DNA of 64,000 nucleotides from an uncultured Methylomirabilota bacterium (lineage in GTDB: Bacteria > Methylomirabilota > Methylomirabilia > Methylomirabilales > 2-02-FULL-66-22), in assembly GCA_963705305.1 (NCBI GenBank), contig OY970067.1, positions 2,752,001 to 2,816,000 on the forward strand, written 5' to 3'. The notes beneath the pieces are model-generated. The model was given only the letters and a program-made list of their open reading frames with translations, was not told where the DNA came from and made no database searches. Each line of letters opens with the position of its first letter. The stretch's first letter is position 1. The position numbers and the translations under genes were made by a program. Positions 48,871-58,563 of this stretch are shown here, in pieces.

Positions 48871-49756
48871 GTACTTCGGACCGGAGGAGGGGCATCTGCA
48901 CGACATCCGCCAGGTGCTCTTCTCCCGCCAGACGCCCTTCCAGTCCATGGACATTCTGGAGCTGGGGAGTTACGGCAAGGCCCTCGTGCTGGATGGGCGG
49001 ATCCAGTCCGCCATCCGAGATGAGTTCATCTACCACGAAACGCTGGTCCATCCGGCGATGCTCTGCCATCCCGAGCCGCGGCGCGTATTCGTCGTGGGCG
49101 GAGGGGAGGGGGCCACGCTGCGTGAAGTCCTCCGCCACCGGAGCGTCGAGCGCGCCCTCATGGTGGACATCGACGAGGAGGTCGTGGCGCGCTGCCGCGA
49201 GCTCTTGCCCGAATGGCACCAGGGGGCCTTCGAGGACCCCCGCACCGATCTCCGGTACCTGGATGCCCGCAAGTACCTCGAGGAGACGTTGGAGACCTTC
49301 GACGTGATCCTCATCGACATCTCGGAGCCGATCGAAGAGGGACCGGCTTACCTGCTCTTCACGAAGGAGTTCTACGAGACCGTCTGGGAGCGGCTGACCC
49401 CCGCCGGGGTGGTCGCCTTGCAGGCGGGCACGGTCAGCCTGAACGACCTCACCTGCTATGCGGCCATCCAGAGCACCCTGTCGCAGGTGTTTCCGGTGGT
49501 GGCCCCCTATTGGGCCGCTATCCCCTCCTTTGCCCTACCCTGGGGATTCGTTGTGGCCTCGAAGCGGCAAGATCCCCGTCGCCTGGAACCTGACGAGGTG
49601 GAGAAGCTGATCCTGGACCGCATCAGCGGCGAGCTCCAGTATTACGACGGCATCACGCACCACGCCAGCTTTCTCCTGCCCAAGCACATCCGGAGGCGGA
49701 TCGCCCAGGAAACGCGGATCATCGAGGACAATCACCCCCTGTTCGCCTGGACTTGA
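48839..49756 (+). CDS. speE: Polyamine aminopropyltransferase (spermidine synthase)
   Basis: LVLDG.IQS, DEFIYHE, GGGEGATLRE, VDIDEEVV, DVILID. Confidence 0.95.
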   Translation: MPPKNYRWFIEYFGPEEGHLHDIRQVLFSRQTPFQSMDILELGSYGKALVLDGRIQSAIRDEFIYHETLVHPAMLCHPEPRRVFVVGGGEGATLREVLRHRSVERALMVDIDEEVVARCRELLPEWHQGAFEDPRTDLRYLDARKYLEETLETFDVILIDISEPIEEGPAYLLFTKEFYETVWERLTPAGVVALQAGTVSLNDLTCYAAIQSTLSQVFPVVAPYWAAIPSFALPWGFVVASKRQDPRRLEPDEVEKLILDRISGELQYYDGITHHASFLLPKHIRRRIAQETRIIEDNHPLFAWT

Positions 49757-51369
49757 TGCCCCCCGGCGGCCTGCCGCCAGCCGGGGGCGGATCGCGAGCG
49801 ACTGCCACGCATCAGCAAGCCGGTCGTTTGGCCAGACAGTCTCGTCTCGACGTTCGCCCGGCCGCGGCGCCCGAGCGACAGTACCGGACCCCCCTCTTCG
49901 ACGCGCTGGTCAGCCTGGCAGAGGCCAAAAAGGTCTCGTTCCACACTCCGGGCCACAAGAGCGGCAAGGGGATCTCCACCCGCTTCCGGAAGTTCGTGGG
50001 GAGCAAGATCTTTTCCATCGACCTCACAACCCTGGACGAAGTCGACTGCCTCCAGAAGCCCGTCGGCGTCATCAAGGAGGCTCAGGAGCTGGCGGCGGAG
50101 GCCCACGGGGCCGACCACTCCTTTTTCCTGGTCAACGGCACGACGGTGGGCAACCACGCCATGGTCCTCTCATCGGTTTGTCCGGGGGCGGAGGTCCTGG
50201 TGGCCCGGAACGCCCATCGGTCGGTGCTGGCCGGGATCATCCTGAGCGGGGCTGCGCCGCGCTTCTTCCTGCCTGATTTCAACCCCGATTTCAGCATCGC
50301 CGCCAACGTCAGCACCCAGCGGACGGTGGAGGCCATGCGGGCGTATCCGCAGGCGCAGGTCGTGGCCCTGACCAGCCCGAACTATTACGGGATTGCCGCC
50401 AACGTGTCGGCGATTATCGCCGCCGGCCGGGACCTGGGAAAGATTCTGCTGGTGGACGAGGCCCACGGCCCCCACCTGCACTTCCATCCGGATTTGCCCT
50501 CCTCCGCCGTGGATGCGGGGGCAGACATCACGGTTCAGAGCACGCACAAGATCGTGGGGGGCATGACCCAGGCGTCCATGTTGCACCTCAAGGGGCCGCG
50601 CGTTGACCCGGCCCGCGTGGCCGGCGTGCTGCAGATGCTGCAAAGCACCAGCCCCTCCTACATTCTCATGGCCTCGCTGGATCTGGCCCGGATGCAGATG
50701 GCCACGGAGGGGCGCAAGCTGCTGGGCAAGGCGATCGAGCTGGCGGAGGAGGCACGGGCCCGCATCAACCACCTGCCGGGGCTCCGCTGTCTCACGTCGG
50801 ATCAGGTCGAGAGCTGGGGAGATGTGACGCTGGACGTCACCAAGCTCACCATCTCCGTGAAGGAGCTGGGCATCTCGGGCTACACCGCCTCGGCCATCCT
50901 CAATACCGATTTCGGCATCCAGGTGGAAATGGCCGACCTCTTCAACCTGCTGGTCATCGTCAGCATCGGGGACCGGCGTGACGACCTGGACCGGCTGGTG
51001 CGCGGGCTGGAGGGGCTCGCCCAGCGGGCCCGGGGCTCTCCGGCCGGCGGGCTCCGGGAGATTCCCGCGTTCCCCCCGCTGCGCGATGGGAGCCAGGCGT
51101 GCGCTCCGCGGGAGGCGTACTTCGCGCCGCACGCGTACGTCCCTTTGTCCCGCGCCGTGGGGCGGGTGAGCTGCGACATCATCACGATCTACCCGCCCGG
51201 GATTCCGCTGCTCGTCCCGGGCGAGACCATCTCGCAGGAGGCGGTGGAGTACCTGACCTACCTCGGCAGGCACGGCGCCCGCATTGACGGCGTCTTCGAT
51301 TCGCCTTGCGAACGCGCCGCAGAGTCGGGCGGCGCCGCGGATTCGCGGGTGCGCGTGGTGGCCGCCTGA
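49756..51369 (+). CDS. PLP-dependent Orn/Lys/Arg decarboxylase; start uncertain
   Basis: FHTPGH, LVNGTT, RNAHRS, DEAHG, QSTHK (PLP Lys), YPPGIP. Confidence 0.92.
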   Translation: MPPGGLPPAGGGSRATATHQQAGRLARQSRLDVRPAAAPERQYRTPLFDALVSLAEAKKVSFHTPGHKSGKGISTRFRKFVGSKIFSIDLTTLDEVDCLQKPVGVIKEAQELAAEAHGADHSFFLVNGTTVGNHAMVLSSVCPGAEVLVARNAHRSVLAGIILSGAAPRFFLPDFNPDFSIAANVSTQRTVEAMRAYPQAQVVALTSPNYYGIAANVSAIIAAGRDLGKILLVDEAHGPHLHFHPDLPSSAVDAGADITVQSTHKIVGGMTQASMLHLKGPRVDPARVAGVLQMLQSTSPSYILMASLDLARMQMATEGRKLLGKAIELAEEARARINHLPGLRCLTSDQVESWGDVTLDVTKLTISVKELGISGYTASAILNTDFGIQVEMADLFNLLVIVSIGDRRDDLDRLVRGLEGLAQRARGSPAGGLREIPAFPPLRDGSQACAPREAYFAPHAYVPLSRAVGRVSCDIITIYPPGIPLLVPGETISQEAVEYLTYLGRHGARIDGVFDSPCERAAESGGAADSRVRVVAA

Positions 51370-51409
51370 CCTGTGGCCAGAATGTCCTCTCCGGCGTCCC
51401 TTTTTGGAA

Positions 51410-51424
51410 TTGGATTGCAATTTC
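51410..51424 (+). repeat. Left att core TTGGATTGCAATTTC
   Basis: Identical to 62695-62709; 23 bp from the integrase stop codon. Confidence 0.8.
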
Positions 51425-51447
51425 TAGGGTGGGAGACCGAGCGTGTT

Positions 51448-52656
51448 CTAACGGGCACTTACGGGGATTGAGGCGTTTTCGGTTGCGCCGGGGTTGCTTT
51501 TGGTTGCGCCGAAACCGACCTCCGGATCGTCCAGCCGGTCCACGGCCTGGCGGTTCGCCCCGGGGATCCAGTGCCCATACAGGTCCACGGTCATCTTGAT
51601 GCTCGCGTGCCCGAGCTGCCGCTGCACGTAGGCCGGGCTTTCCCCCGCCATGAGCAGCAGGCTCGCGTAGGTGTGGCGAAATTGATGGGGCCCCCGGAGA
51701 CGGAGGCCCGCCAGGGTCAACAGGGGCGTCCACACCCGCCGGGTCCAGCCCTCGTAGTCCATCGGCTTGCCGTCCAGTCCCCCGAACACCCAAGGGCTGA
51801 GAGTCTTCCCGTCCACCGTGGCCTGGATCGTGCGGCTGTTCTGGTACTCCGCCAGGGTGGCCCGAAGCTGCTGGCTCATGTCCACACAGCGGCCCTTCCC
51901 GCTCTTCGGCGTGCTCATCCGCCTCTTCGAGTAACCCCGCCGTACCAGCAGGAACCCCCGGGCAAGGTCCACGTCTTCCCAGGCCAGGGCCGATGCCTCC
52001 CCGATCCGCATTCCTGTCCGAGCCAAGGTGAGCACGAGGGGGCGGCTCTCGGGAAAATGACCCTGACACGTTGTCAGCAAGTTACGAAGCTCCTCGGCCG
52101 TAAAGATATCAAGCTGGTCCTTCTGCGAAACTTGCCGGTTCGTGGCGAAGCGGCCAGTCCGGGCGGCCGGGTTGCTGGCCAGCAGGCCGTCATCGACCGC
52201 GGCGGCCAGGACCGCCTGGAAGGGGATCAGGAAGGAGTAGACGCTCCGGGGGTCCAATGCCTTGCCCTTGCTCCGGAGGTTCCCGCCCGCCAGCATGCCG
52301 GCGATCCACCCCTTGATGTCCCCTCGGGTGAGGGTCGGCAAGGGGCGATCCCCCAGGGTGGGGTAGACGTGGTGCTGGAGGGTCCGCTGGTAGTTGGCGA
52401 CGGTGGAGGGCTTGCAGTGGACTTTCGCGTAGACCGACAGCCAGCGGTCGGCATATTCCCGGAGGGTGAGGGGCTGTTCCTGTTGCTCCAGCGCGGAGAA
52501 ATCCCCCAGCGCCAGCTTGGCCGCGATCTTGCCCGCTGCGGTCTCTGCCGCCTTCTTCTTCTGGGGACCGACACCGATCCGCTTCGCCTTCCTCCGGCCC
52601 TGGTGGTGGACGAACACCCACCAGGCGCCGTCTTTCTCCCGGACCGTCACGCCCAT
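51448..52656 (-). CDS. int: Tyrosine recombinase/integrase
   Basis: TGMRIGE (R), TPKSG (K), HQFRHTYAS (HxxR), LGHAS (H), DLYGH (Y); N-terminal arm-binding-like domain. Confidence 0.95.
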   Translation of the reverse strand: MGVTVREKDGAWWVFVHHQGRRKAKRIGVGPQKKKAAETAAGKIAAKLALGDFSALEQQEQPLTLREYADRWLSVYAKVHCKPSTVANYQRTLQHHVYPTLGDRPLPTLTRGDIKGWIAGMLAGGNLRSKGKALDPRSVYSFLIPFQAVLAAAVDDGLLASNPAARTGRFATNRQVSQKDQLDIFTAEELRNLLTTCQGHFPESRPLVLTLARTGMRIGEASALAWEDVDLARGFLLVRRGYSKRRMSTPKSGKGRCVDMSQQLRATLAEYQNSRTIQATVDGKTLSPWVFGGLDGKPMDYEGWTRRVWTPLLTLAGLRLRGPHQFRHTYASLLLMAGESPAYVQRQLGHASIKMTVDLYGHWIPGANRQAVDRLDDPEVGFGATKSNPGATENASIPVSAR

Positions 52657-52659
52657 GGC

Positions 52660-52842
52660 TTATTTCCCTCCCCTCCGGGCCAGGTATTCGTCGATGATCC
52701 GCTGCAGGAGCGCGTTGACGCTGGCCCGCCCGCGGGCCCCCTCGCGGTCTTGCTCCGCGGCGCGCCGGAGCTTTCGCCACGTCGCCTCGTCCACCACGAC
52801 GCTGAGTCGCACCATCCCCACCTCCTCCCGCGGCTTCCGCAT
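52660..52842 (-). CDS. Small ribbon-helix-helix-like DNA-binding protein
   Basis: VRLSVVVDEATWRKL...SVNALLQRIIDEYL; GGAGG RBS; directly upstream of int. Confidence 0.7.
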   Translation of the reverse strand: MRKPREEVGMVRLSVVVDEATWRKLRRAAEQDREGARGRASVNALLQRIIDEYLARRGGK

Positions 52843-52865
52843 ACAGACCTCCAATGTGAGAGTAA

Positions 52866-52902
52866 ACGTATATTAATATATACGTCTTTGCGCTCTTGTC
52901 AA
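52866..52902 (-). promoter_or_regulatory. sigma70 promoter with overlapping palindromic operator
   Basis: TTGACA-N16-TATATT on the minus strand; palindrome ACGTATAT-TAAT-ATATACGT at 52866-52885. Confidence 0.65.
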
Positions 52903-52918
52903 GAGAAATCGGCAGGGA

Positions 52919-53227
52919 CTACTTCCGCAGGCCCGAGACCACCTCATCGACGATCCGGTCAACGTCGGGGGTGTGCTTGAAGGCGTCCATCCAGCGGTCG
53001 AAGTCGGAGCGGCGGACCAGGATCTTGCCGCTGACGGTTCGGAGGCGGCCGGCGCCGGTCTGGATGACGTGGGGCTCCCGCATGCGGTAGTGAGGGAGAG
53101 GGCGCTCCGGGTCGGCCAGGTAGGCGCGGAGAGACCGGACCGACAGCCCGGAGTACTTGCTCAGCGCCTCCAGGCTGAGCCAGGGGTCCAAGTCTTGCGA
53201 GATGGTCACGCCCTCCACCAGTTTCAC
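52919..53227 (-). CDS. Excisionase-like HTH protein
   Basis: WLSLEALSKYSGLSVRSLR, LPHYR, GKILVRRSDFDRW. Confidence 0.8.
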   Translation of the reverse strand: MKLVEGVTISQDLDPWLSLEALSKYSGLSVRSLRAYLADPERPLPHYRMREPHVIQTGAGRLRTVSGKILVRRSDFDRWMDAFKHTPDVDRIVDEVVSGLRK

Positions 53228-53287
53228 GCCCTGCCTCGCGTCCTACGGGCCGCCCTGCCCCGATCTCCTTTGGAAGGCTACCTACCT

Positions 53288-53545
53288 CTAGCCGCTCGCT
53301 GCCGATCGCCCAAAATTCCCCGCGCCACGTCCGTCCTGCACGGGCTGGCGGGGACGTTCCGGGTCCGCTCCGTCCAGCCTCCGCGCCAGAGCCGCCCGCC
53401 GGCGCCACGCCTTCCCCCGGCGGATGCCCGCGGCAAACTCCCGGGCCGTCAGGAGGAGCACAGCGCCCTTGGGCAACCTGACCGGAATGAGGCCAGGGAG
53501 GCTTGATTTTGGTGCAAGCGCCGCTTTCTCGTTCACAAGGGCCAA
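53288..53545 (-). CDS. Small basic hypothetical protein
   Basis: GGAGAGG before a TTG/GTG start; LIPVRLPKGAVLLLTAREFAAGIRRGKAWRR. Confidence 0.5.
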   Translation of the reverse strand: MALVNEKAALAPKSSLPGLIPVRLPKGAVLLLTAREFAAGIRRGKAWRRRAALARRLDGADPERPRQPVQDGRGAGNFGRSAASG

Positions 53546-53706
53546 GACGCCTCTCCAGGGTGCCCCAGGTTCCACGATCTCCGCTCCGCCCGTATCCGCC
53601 CATGCACTACCCGCCGCCGCCTCCACCCGAAGAGTTTGGGATGGGGAGGATAGTGGTGAGTTGCCACTTGCTGCCGTCGTAAACAAACTCAAGATCTCCG
53701 AGCGTC

Positions 53707-55226
53707 CCCTAATCTCCGGCTAAGAAGTTGAGGGGGATCGCGAATCACGCAGCGGCCCGCAGTGCGCGCGGCCCGCGGGGTTGGCATCGGCCTTGCTTGG
53801 TTTCACCCAGTGGGTGCAAACACCACAAGGAGGAGAGCGATGCCCGACACCTCGCCCCGGTTGCCGTTCGAGATCGATGACGCGATCGACCCCACGCTGG
53901 TCACGGGCCGGGCCGGGGTCCCGCTCGTGATCGAGCTGTTCCGCCAGCTCGGGGTGGCCCAGGCCGTCGACACCCACGTTGCGGTCAAGCAGCGGCAGCG
54001 CGGATTACCCCCCTCGCAGCTCGTGGAGAGTCTCGTCGCGTTGTGGACGAGCGGCGGGGACCGCTGCCAGGACCTCACGACGCTCCGGGAGGATCAGGCC
54101 CTGGCCACGCTGCTCGGCTACCCCCTGCCGGCCGCGACCACGGTCCGGGACTTCCTCGAGGCCTTCCACGTGGAGGACGGGCCGCTCTGGGTGGCCGGGC
54201 CCGCGGCCACGGTCCCCCTGGAGTCCGCCCCCTTGGCGGGCCTCGGACAGGCGAACCGGACGCTGGTCGCGGGCGTCCAGCGCGGGGCCCGGGCGGCGAC
54301 GGCCACCCTGGATGTGGACGCGACGCTCGTCGAGAGCCACAAGGACGCGGCGACCGTGGCCTACGACGGGACCCGGGGCTACCAGCCCGTCGTGGTCCTC
54401 TGGGCCGAGCACGATGTCATCGTGCACGACCAGTTCCGCGATGGCCAGGTGCCCGCCGGGTGCGGCAACGTGCGCGTCCTCGAACAGGCGGTGGCCAACT
54501 TGCCCCAGGGCGTGGACCGCATCTCCCTGCGGGCCGACAGCGCCCTCTACGAGACGGAGGTCCTCCGCTGGTGCGAGGAGAAGAAAATCGCCTACGCGAT
54601 TAGCGCCGATATGTCCGCGCAGCTCCAGGCCGAGATCCGGCGCCTCCCCGCGGCCGCCTGGCAGCTCGAGCGGGAGGAGCCCGAGGCGATCCGGGCCTGG
54701 GCCGAAGTCCCCTACGTCCCCGAGGATGGCGATCACCGGAAGGCGCGGCCGTGCGTTCGCCGCTACCTCGCGGTGCGTATCCAGCGACGCCAGGGGAGCC
54801 TCTTCGCCGACGGGAGTAGCGTGCAGTACTTCGCCGTGGTCACCAATCGGCCGGAGGATGGGCTCACGATCCTCCGGTGGCACCGGGAGAAAGCAGGGAC
54901 CATCGAGCACACCCATCACGTCCTCAAGACCGAGCTGGCGGCCGCCGCGCTGCCCAGTGGGAAGTTCGGGGCGAACGCCGCCTGGTTCCGGCTGAACGTG
55001 CTCACCTACAACCTGCTCACCGCGCTCAAGCGGTTGACCTTACCCGGAGATCTCCGGACCGCCCGGCCGAAGCGTCTCCGGTTCCTGCTGTTCAACACCG
55101 TCGGGAAGGTCGTCGCGCATGCCCGACGGACGCTCTTGCGGCTCTCGGGCGCCCTGCAGCACGCCTTGCTCGTCCGGGCGCGGCGCAAGATCGCCCGGCT
55201 GGCCACCGCTTAGCCGGAGATTAGGG
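53707..55226 (+). mobile_element. IS1380-family insertion sequence, 1520 bp
   Basis: Perfect 18-bp terminal IRs CCCTAATCTCCGGCTAAG; 5-bp target duplication GCGTC at 53702-53706 and 55227-55231. Confidence 0.93.
53840..55213 (+). CDS. IS1380-family DDE transposase
   Basis: LDVDAT, GYQP, RADSA, GTIEH...K, F.ANAAW, YNL; AGGAGG RBS. Confidence 0.92.
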   Translation: MPDTSPRLPFEIDDAIDPTLVTGRAGVPLVIELFRQLGVAQAVDTHVAVKQRQRGLPPSQLVESLVALWTSGGDRCQDLTTLREDQALATLLGYPLPAATTVRDFLEAFHVEDGPLWVAGPAATVPLESAPLAGLGQANRTLVAGVQRGARAATATLDVDATLVESHKDAATVAYDGTRGYQPVVVLWAEHDVIVHDQFRDGQVPAGCGNVRVLEQAVANLPQGVDRISLRADSALYETEVLRWCEEKKIAYAISADMSAQLQAEIRRLPAAAWQLEREEPEAIRAWAEVPYVPEDGDHRKARPCVRRYLAVRIQRRQGSLFADGSSVQYFAVVTNRPEDGLTILRWHREKAGTIEHTHHVLKTELAAAALPSGKFGANAAWFRLNVLTYNLLTALKRLTLPGDLRTARPKRLRFLLFNTVGKVVAHARRTLLRLSGALQHALLVRARRKIARLATA

Positions 55227-56092
55227 GCGTCCCGGTTGTGTTGTCGTTTATGACAAAGGTATGCGTTCCGAAATTGTACGCGGTGCCCCAATTCATGGTT
55301 ATGGCCGTTGATTCCGGGCAGGTCACAATGAACGTGATTCGGTGCCCGGTCGTCGTATCCGTTGGATTGCTTATCGCAAACGTTCCACCCCCAGTGAAGT
55401 TGAGTTCGAAGATGTCGTAATCCACCGAGTCAATCGTGATCGTCCCGGCAATGGTGGGCTTGGTGAAGTGCCCGGTAGTGCCGCCGGTCGGAATGGTGAT
55501 GTTCGCCGTCCCGTTGAAACTCACCCCGTTGATCGTCCGGGCGGTTTGGAGTGCGGTTGCCGTTGCGGCGTTTCCCGAGGTCGAGCTGGCGACCGTGGCC
55601 GCGGGCACGGTACCCGTCACCAGGGAGCCCGGGATCGACCCTGCCGAGAGCGTCCCCACCGATGTCAGCGAAGAGTTGACCACGGTCGGGGCCAGGGTCG
55701 TACCCGTGAGGGCGCCGGCGGGGACCGCGGCCAGGGCCACCCACGCGGTTCCGCTGTCAAGGTAGACCCCCGGCGTAGTGCCGTCCGTCACATTGACCAG
55801 CCGGCCGGCGATGCCGGGCGCGGGGCACTGATTCGCCCCGGCGCCGAGGGTGCAAGAGCGGAGGGGGTTGACCAGCTGGATCGTCCCGTTGATAAGGGCC
55901 TGAAAGTTGTCGTCCAGGTAGGACAGCGGCACAGTCCCGGTTAGTGAAGAAAAGGTGTGGGGGAAGGTCACCGCCGCGTGGGCTGGCAGCACCAGGGCGA
56001 AGAGGAAGAGAACAGCGAGGGCGAATCGTCGAAACATGGGGCCTCCTTTCGGGGCGTCAGTTTGTTTCATGGGGTCTCAATCCTGTGTGACC

Positions 56093-56303
56093 GTTACGTT
56101 TCGTTACGGGCACGCTCACGCGAAGTTACGTTGTAGGTGTCACGGCGTTACGGGCACCAGCCGGGCCTTTCCCACTCGTTCTCACGGCTTCGCTTTCCGA
56201 AACACCCGAAACACCCCGTAACCCCTTTTCGGTAAAGTCCCTTATGAGAGAAATTCATTTAAAAGTTACCGAAAAGCCGTTACGTACTGTTACGGTGTTT
56301 CGG
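56093..56303. other. Putative replication origin: iterons around an AT-rich core
   Basis: Six GTTACG copies plus one inverted; TTTTCGGTAA/TTACCGAAAA and CCGAAACACC/GGTGTTTCGG inverted pairs around a 30-bp AT-rich spacer; immediately downstream of the primase-helicase. Confidence 0.65.
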
Positions 56304-58476
56304 AATCCGGCTCCATCCTCTCCGACAACAGTCGAATCCCTACCCGCACTTTTCGGCGCGTGACGCTGTGCCGCTTGTCTGGAAACCCGCGTTCATTGAG
56401 GGCTTCCCCGAACACCGTCTGCGTCTCCGGCCGTTCTTTACCCTGCTCGCACCAGGCGACATAGGCCCGGTATAGGTCCGTCGCCCCGGCCGTCTCCTCC
56501 TCGGCCGCCTCGCAACACTCCGCCAGAAACGCCCCGATGAGGTCCTGACTGGCCCGGTATTCCGCCGTCGCCTCGCGCACGGCCTCCGGCGTGCCCAGTC
56601 CGTCCCGTTGCCAAGCAAGACACCCGTCCACCGCCCACCGCAGGATGCCCGGGAATTCCGCCCGCAACTTCCCCAGCAAGTCCTTGTCCTGCTCCGCCTC
56701 CGGGATCTCCACCACGAACGGCACCAGCCGGACGCGCCGCCAGGTTGCATGATCGGTTCCCTGGATAGTCGGCTTGTGGTTCGTCGCCAGCCACAGCTTG
56801 AATTCGGGGGCAAACTCGAAGTATTCCCCGTAGAGGAATCGCGCGGCGATTTTGTCCCCGCCCGTGAGCTGCTTTACCAGGGCCTCGGCGAGTCGCCGCC
56901 CCCCGTCCGTCTCCACCGCCGCCACCAGCCGGGCCCCGCGGAGGCGCGCCAGGTCGTTATCAGCCGCCTCGCCCCGCTTGGCGAGCAAGGTCTTTGCCGG
57001 CGTCCAGGCCGCATAGTCCCCCAGGAGGTCAATCACGGTTCGGACCAGCGTGCTCTTTCCGTTCGCCCCGGGCCCATGGAGCAACGCCCACACTTGCTCG
57101 CTCGTGATGCCGGTCAGGCAGTAACCGAGCATCCGTTGCAGGAATCCGATGGTGGACACATCCCCGGCCAGAATCCGCTGGAGAAACGCCTCCCACGTCG
57201 GCGCGGTTGCCTCCGGGTCCCACGTCACGGGCGCCAGCTTGCTGATGAAATCCTCCGGCCGATGGTCCAGCAGCAGCCCCGTCCGAAGATCCAGCACTCC
57301 GCTCTCCACATTGAGCAACCACGGATCGCGGTCAAAGGCGCTTGGCGCAATCGGGGTGCCTTCCTCCGACTTCGCCAGGTTCACCATTGCCCGGAGTTTC
57401 GCGTCGGCCTCCATCTTGAGGGCGTGACTGCCGATCTCTTTCCGGGTGTCCTTGTCGGCACAGTCCGCGGCTTCGGCGTACACCGCCCGGCTGGTATCCT
57501 TCGCCCACCGCATGACTTGCCCGCTATCATCCTTGGCCCAGCGCCGGCCGTCCCACGTCAGGAAACAGCCCCATGCCTCGCACCAGCGGAACCGATCGCC
57601 GAACCGCGCCACCAGCCGGCGGGCGTTCCCCAGGTCGGTCAAGTGTTCCACCGTGAGACTGCCCCCGGCCGGTTCGGTGCGCGGCCGGTTCGGTTGCGTC
57701 ACGACATGGGCGGCCAGCTCCGAGACTTCCCCTTCCGACAAGGGCGGATCGCAACGCGCCGCATTCTCCGCCCGCAAGGCCGCCGTAATTGCCTCCCCAC
57801 TCAGCCCCTTGAGTACGAGACTTCGCCCCAAGCGATACAGCGTATCGTTTCGGGCGCCGGTCGGGATTGTGCCGTTGCTCCCCGCAGGGACAGCGGCAGC
57901 TGGCGCGGTCAGGAGGGCCAGCAACCGGGCAGGGAGTGGGGCGAGCGGGACTTGTTCGGGACTCACCAGCCATTCATACTGTCGGCCGGATCCGTGGACG
58001 CTCGGCGGCGCCACCACGTACCCTCCAGCGCCGCGCACATCCACCCCGGGCAGGATGCCTGCGCGGTTCTCGATTGGCCGGCTGCCATTGGTGGGATACG
58101 CAAAGTAGAAATGAAAGCCCTTGCCCGTGGTGGCTGTCCAGGTCTCGCCGTTCCACCCGAGCGTTTCCTTTGCCCTGGCGAGGTCGGCAAAGTCCACGTC
58201 GAAAACCACAACCCCGGACACGGGCCCGGTCGGAATGCCGATGTTTGCCTCCGGCCAGCGGGTCCACCATTCCTCCACCTCATCCATGTGCGGGGGTTCG
58301 GTCTGATAGGCTTTCCAGCTATCCAGTTTTGGCTTTTTCCGGCTCTCTATGTTGCCCGTCCACCGCAGGGGAATGACACATAGGCCCTTGCGCCGATACG
58401 CCAGCGCCGCCTCGCGGAGGCTGCTCTCGGTTGACGTTTTTCCTTGTGGTGTGCGGGTGTCGGATGGTAAAAACAT
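56290..58476 (-). CDS. Bifunctional primase-polymerase + PriCT + D5/P4-family SF3 helicase
   Basis: ANIGIPTG, VFDVD, TGKGFHFYF, DVRG.GGYVVAPPS, GARNDTL, TDLGNA, GPGANGKST, KQLTGGD, TNHKP, WRR. Confidence 0.93.
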   Translation of the reverse strand: MFLPSDTRTPQGKTSTESSLREAALAYRRKGLCVIPLRWTGNIESRKKPKLDSWKAYQTEPPHMDEVEEWWTRWPEANIGIPTGPVSGVVVFDVDFADLARAKETLGWNGETWTATTGKGFHFYFAYPTNGSRPIENRAGILPGVDVRGAGGYVVAPPSVHGSGRQYEWLVSPEQVPLAPLPARLLALLTAPAAAVPAGSNGTIPTGARNDTLYRLGRSLVLKGLSGEAITAALRAENAARCDPPLSEGEVSELAAHVVTQPNRPRTEPAGGSLTVEHLTDLGNARRLVARFGDRFRWCEAWGCFLTWDGRRWAKDDSGQVMRWAKDTSRAVYAEAADCADKDTRKEIGSHALKMEADAKLRAMVNLAKSEEGTPIAPSAFDRDPWLLNVESGVLDLRTGLLLDHRPEDFISKLAPVTWDPEATAPTWEAFLQRILAGDVSTIGFLQRMLGYCLTGITSEQVWALLHGPGANGKSTLVRTVIDLLGDYAAWTPAKTLLAKRGEAADNDLARLRGARLVAAVETDGGRRLAEALVKQLTGGDKIAARFLYGEYFEFAPEFKLWLATNHKPTIQGTDHATWRRVRLVPFVVEIPEAEQDKDLLGKLRAEFPGILRWAVDGCLAWQRDGLGTPEAVREATAEYRASQDLIGAFLAECCEAAEEETAGATDLYRAYVAWCEQGKERPETQTVFGEALNERGFPDKRHSVTRRKVRVGIRLLSERMEPDSETP

Positions 58477-58563
58477 CTCACATTCTCTTCTGCCCCTCGC
58501 TGCGTATGGCCGGCCAAGCCCGCGGCGGGGGGCAAACTGTTTGCGGTCACGCGGCCTGCCGCG

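Larger units (their letters stand above)
53607..56037 (-). pseudogene. Signal-peptide-bearing, tail-fibre-like protein (301 aa when reconstructed), interrupted by IS1380
   Basis: AAAGGAGG RBS; MFRRFALAVLFLFALVLPAHA; removing the IS and one target duplication restores the frame ...NTTGT-LGDLEFVYDGSKWQL...GGGGGG*. Confidence 0.8.

Noticed and set aside
51370..51447. tRNA/tmRNA as the integration target
   Set aside because: No cloverleaf, T-loop (GTTCGA) or CCA end at either junction.
55210..56070. 286-aa ORF as a complete gene
   Set aside because: Its last residues (PLISG*) are read from the IS right IR; the real 3' end lies at 53607-53701.
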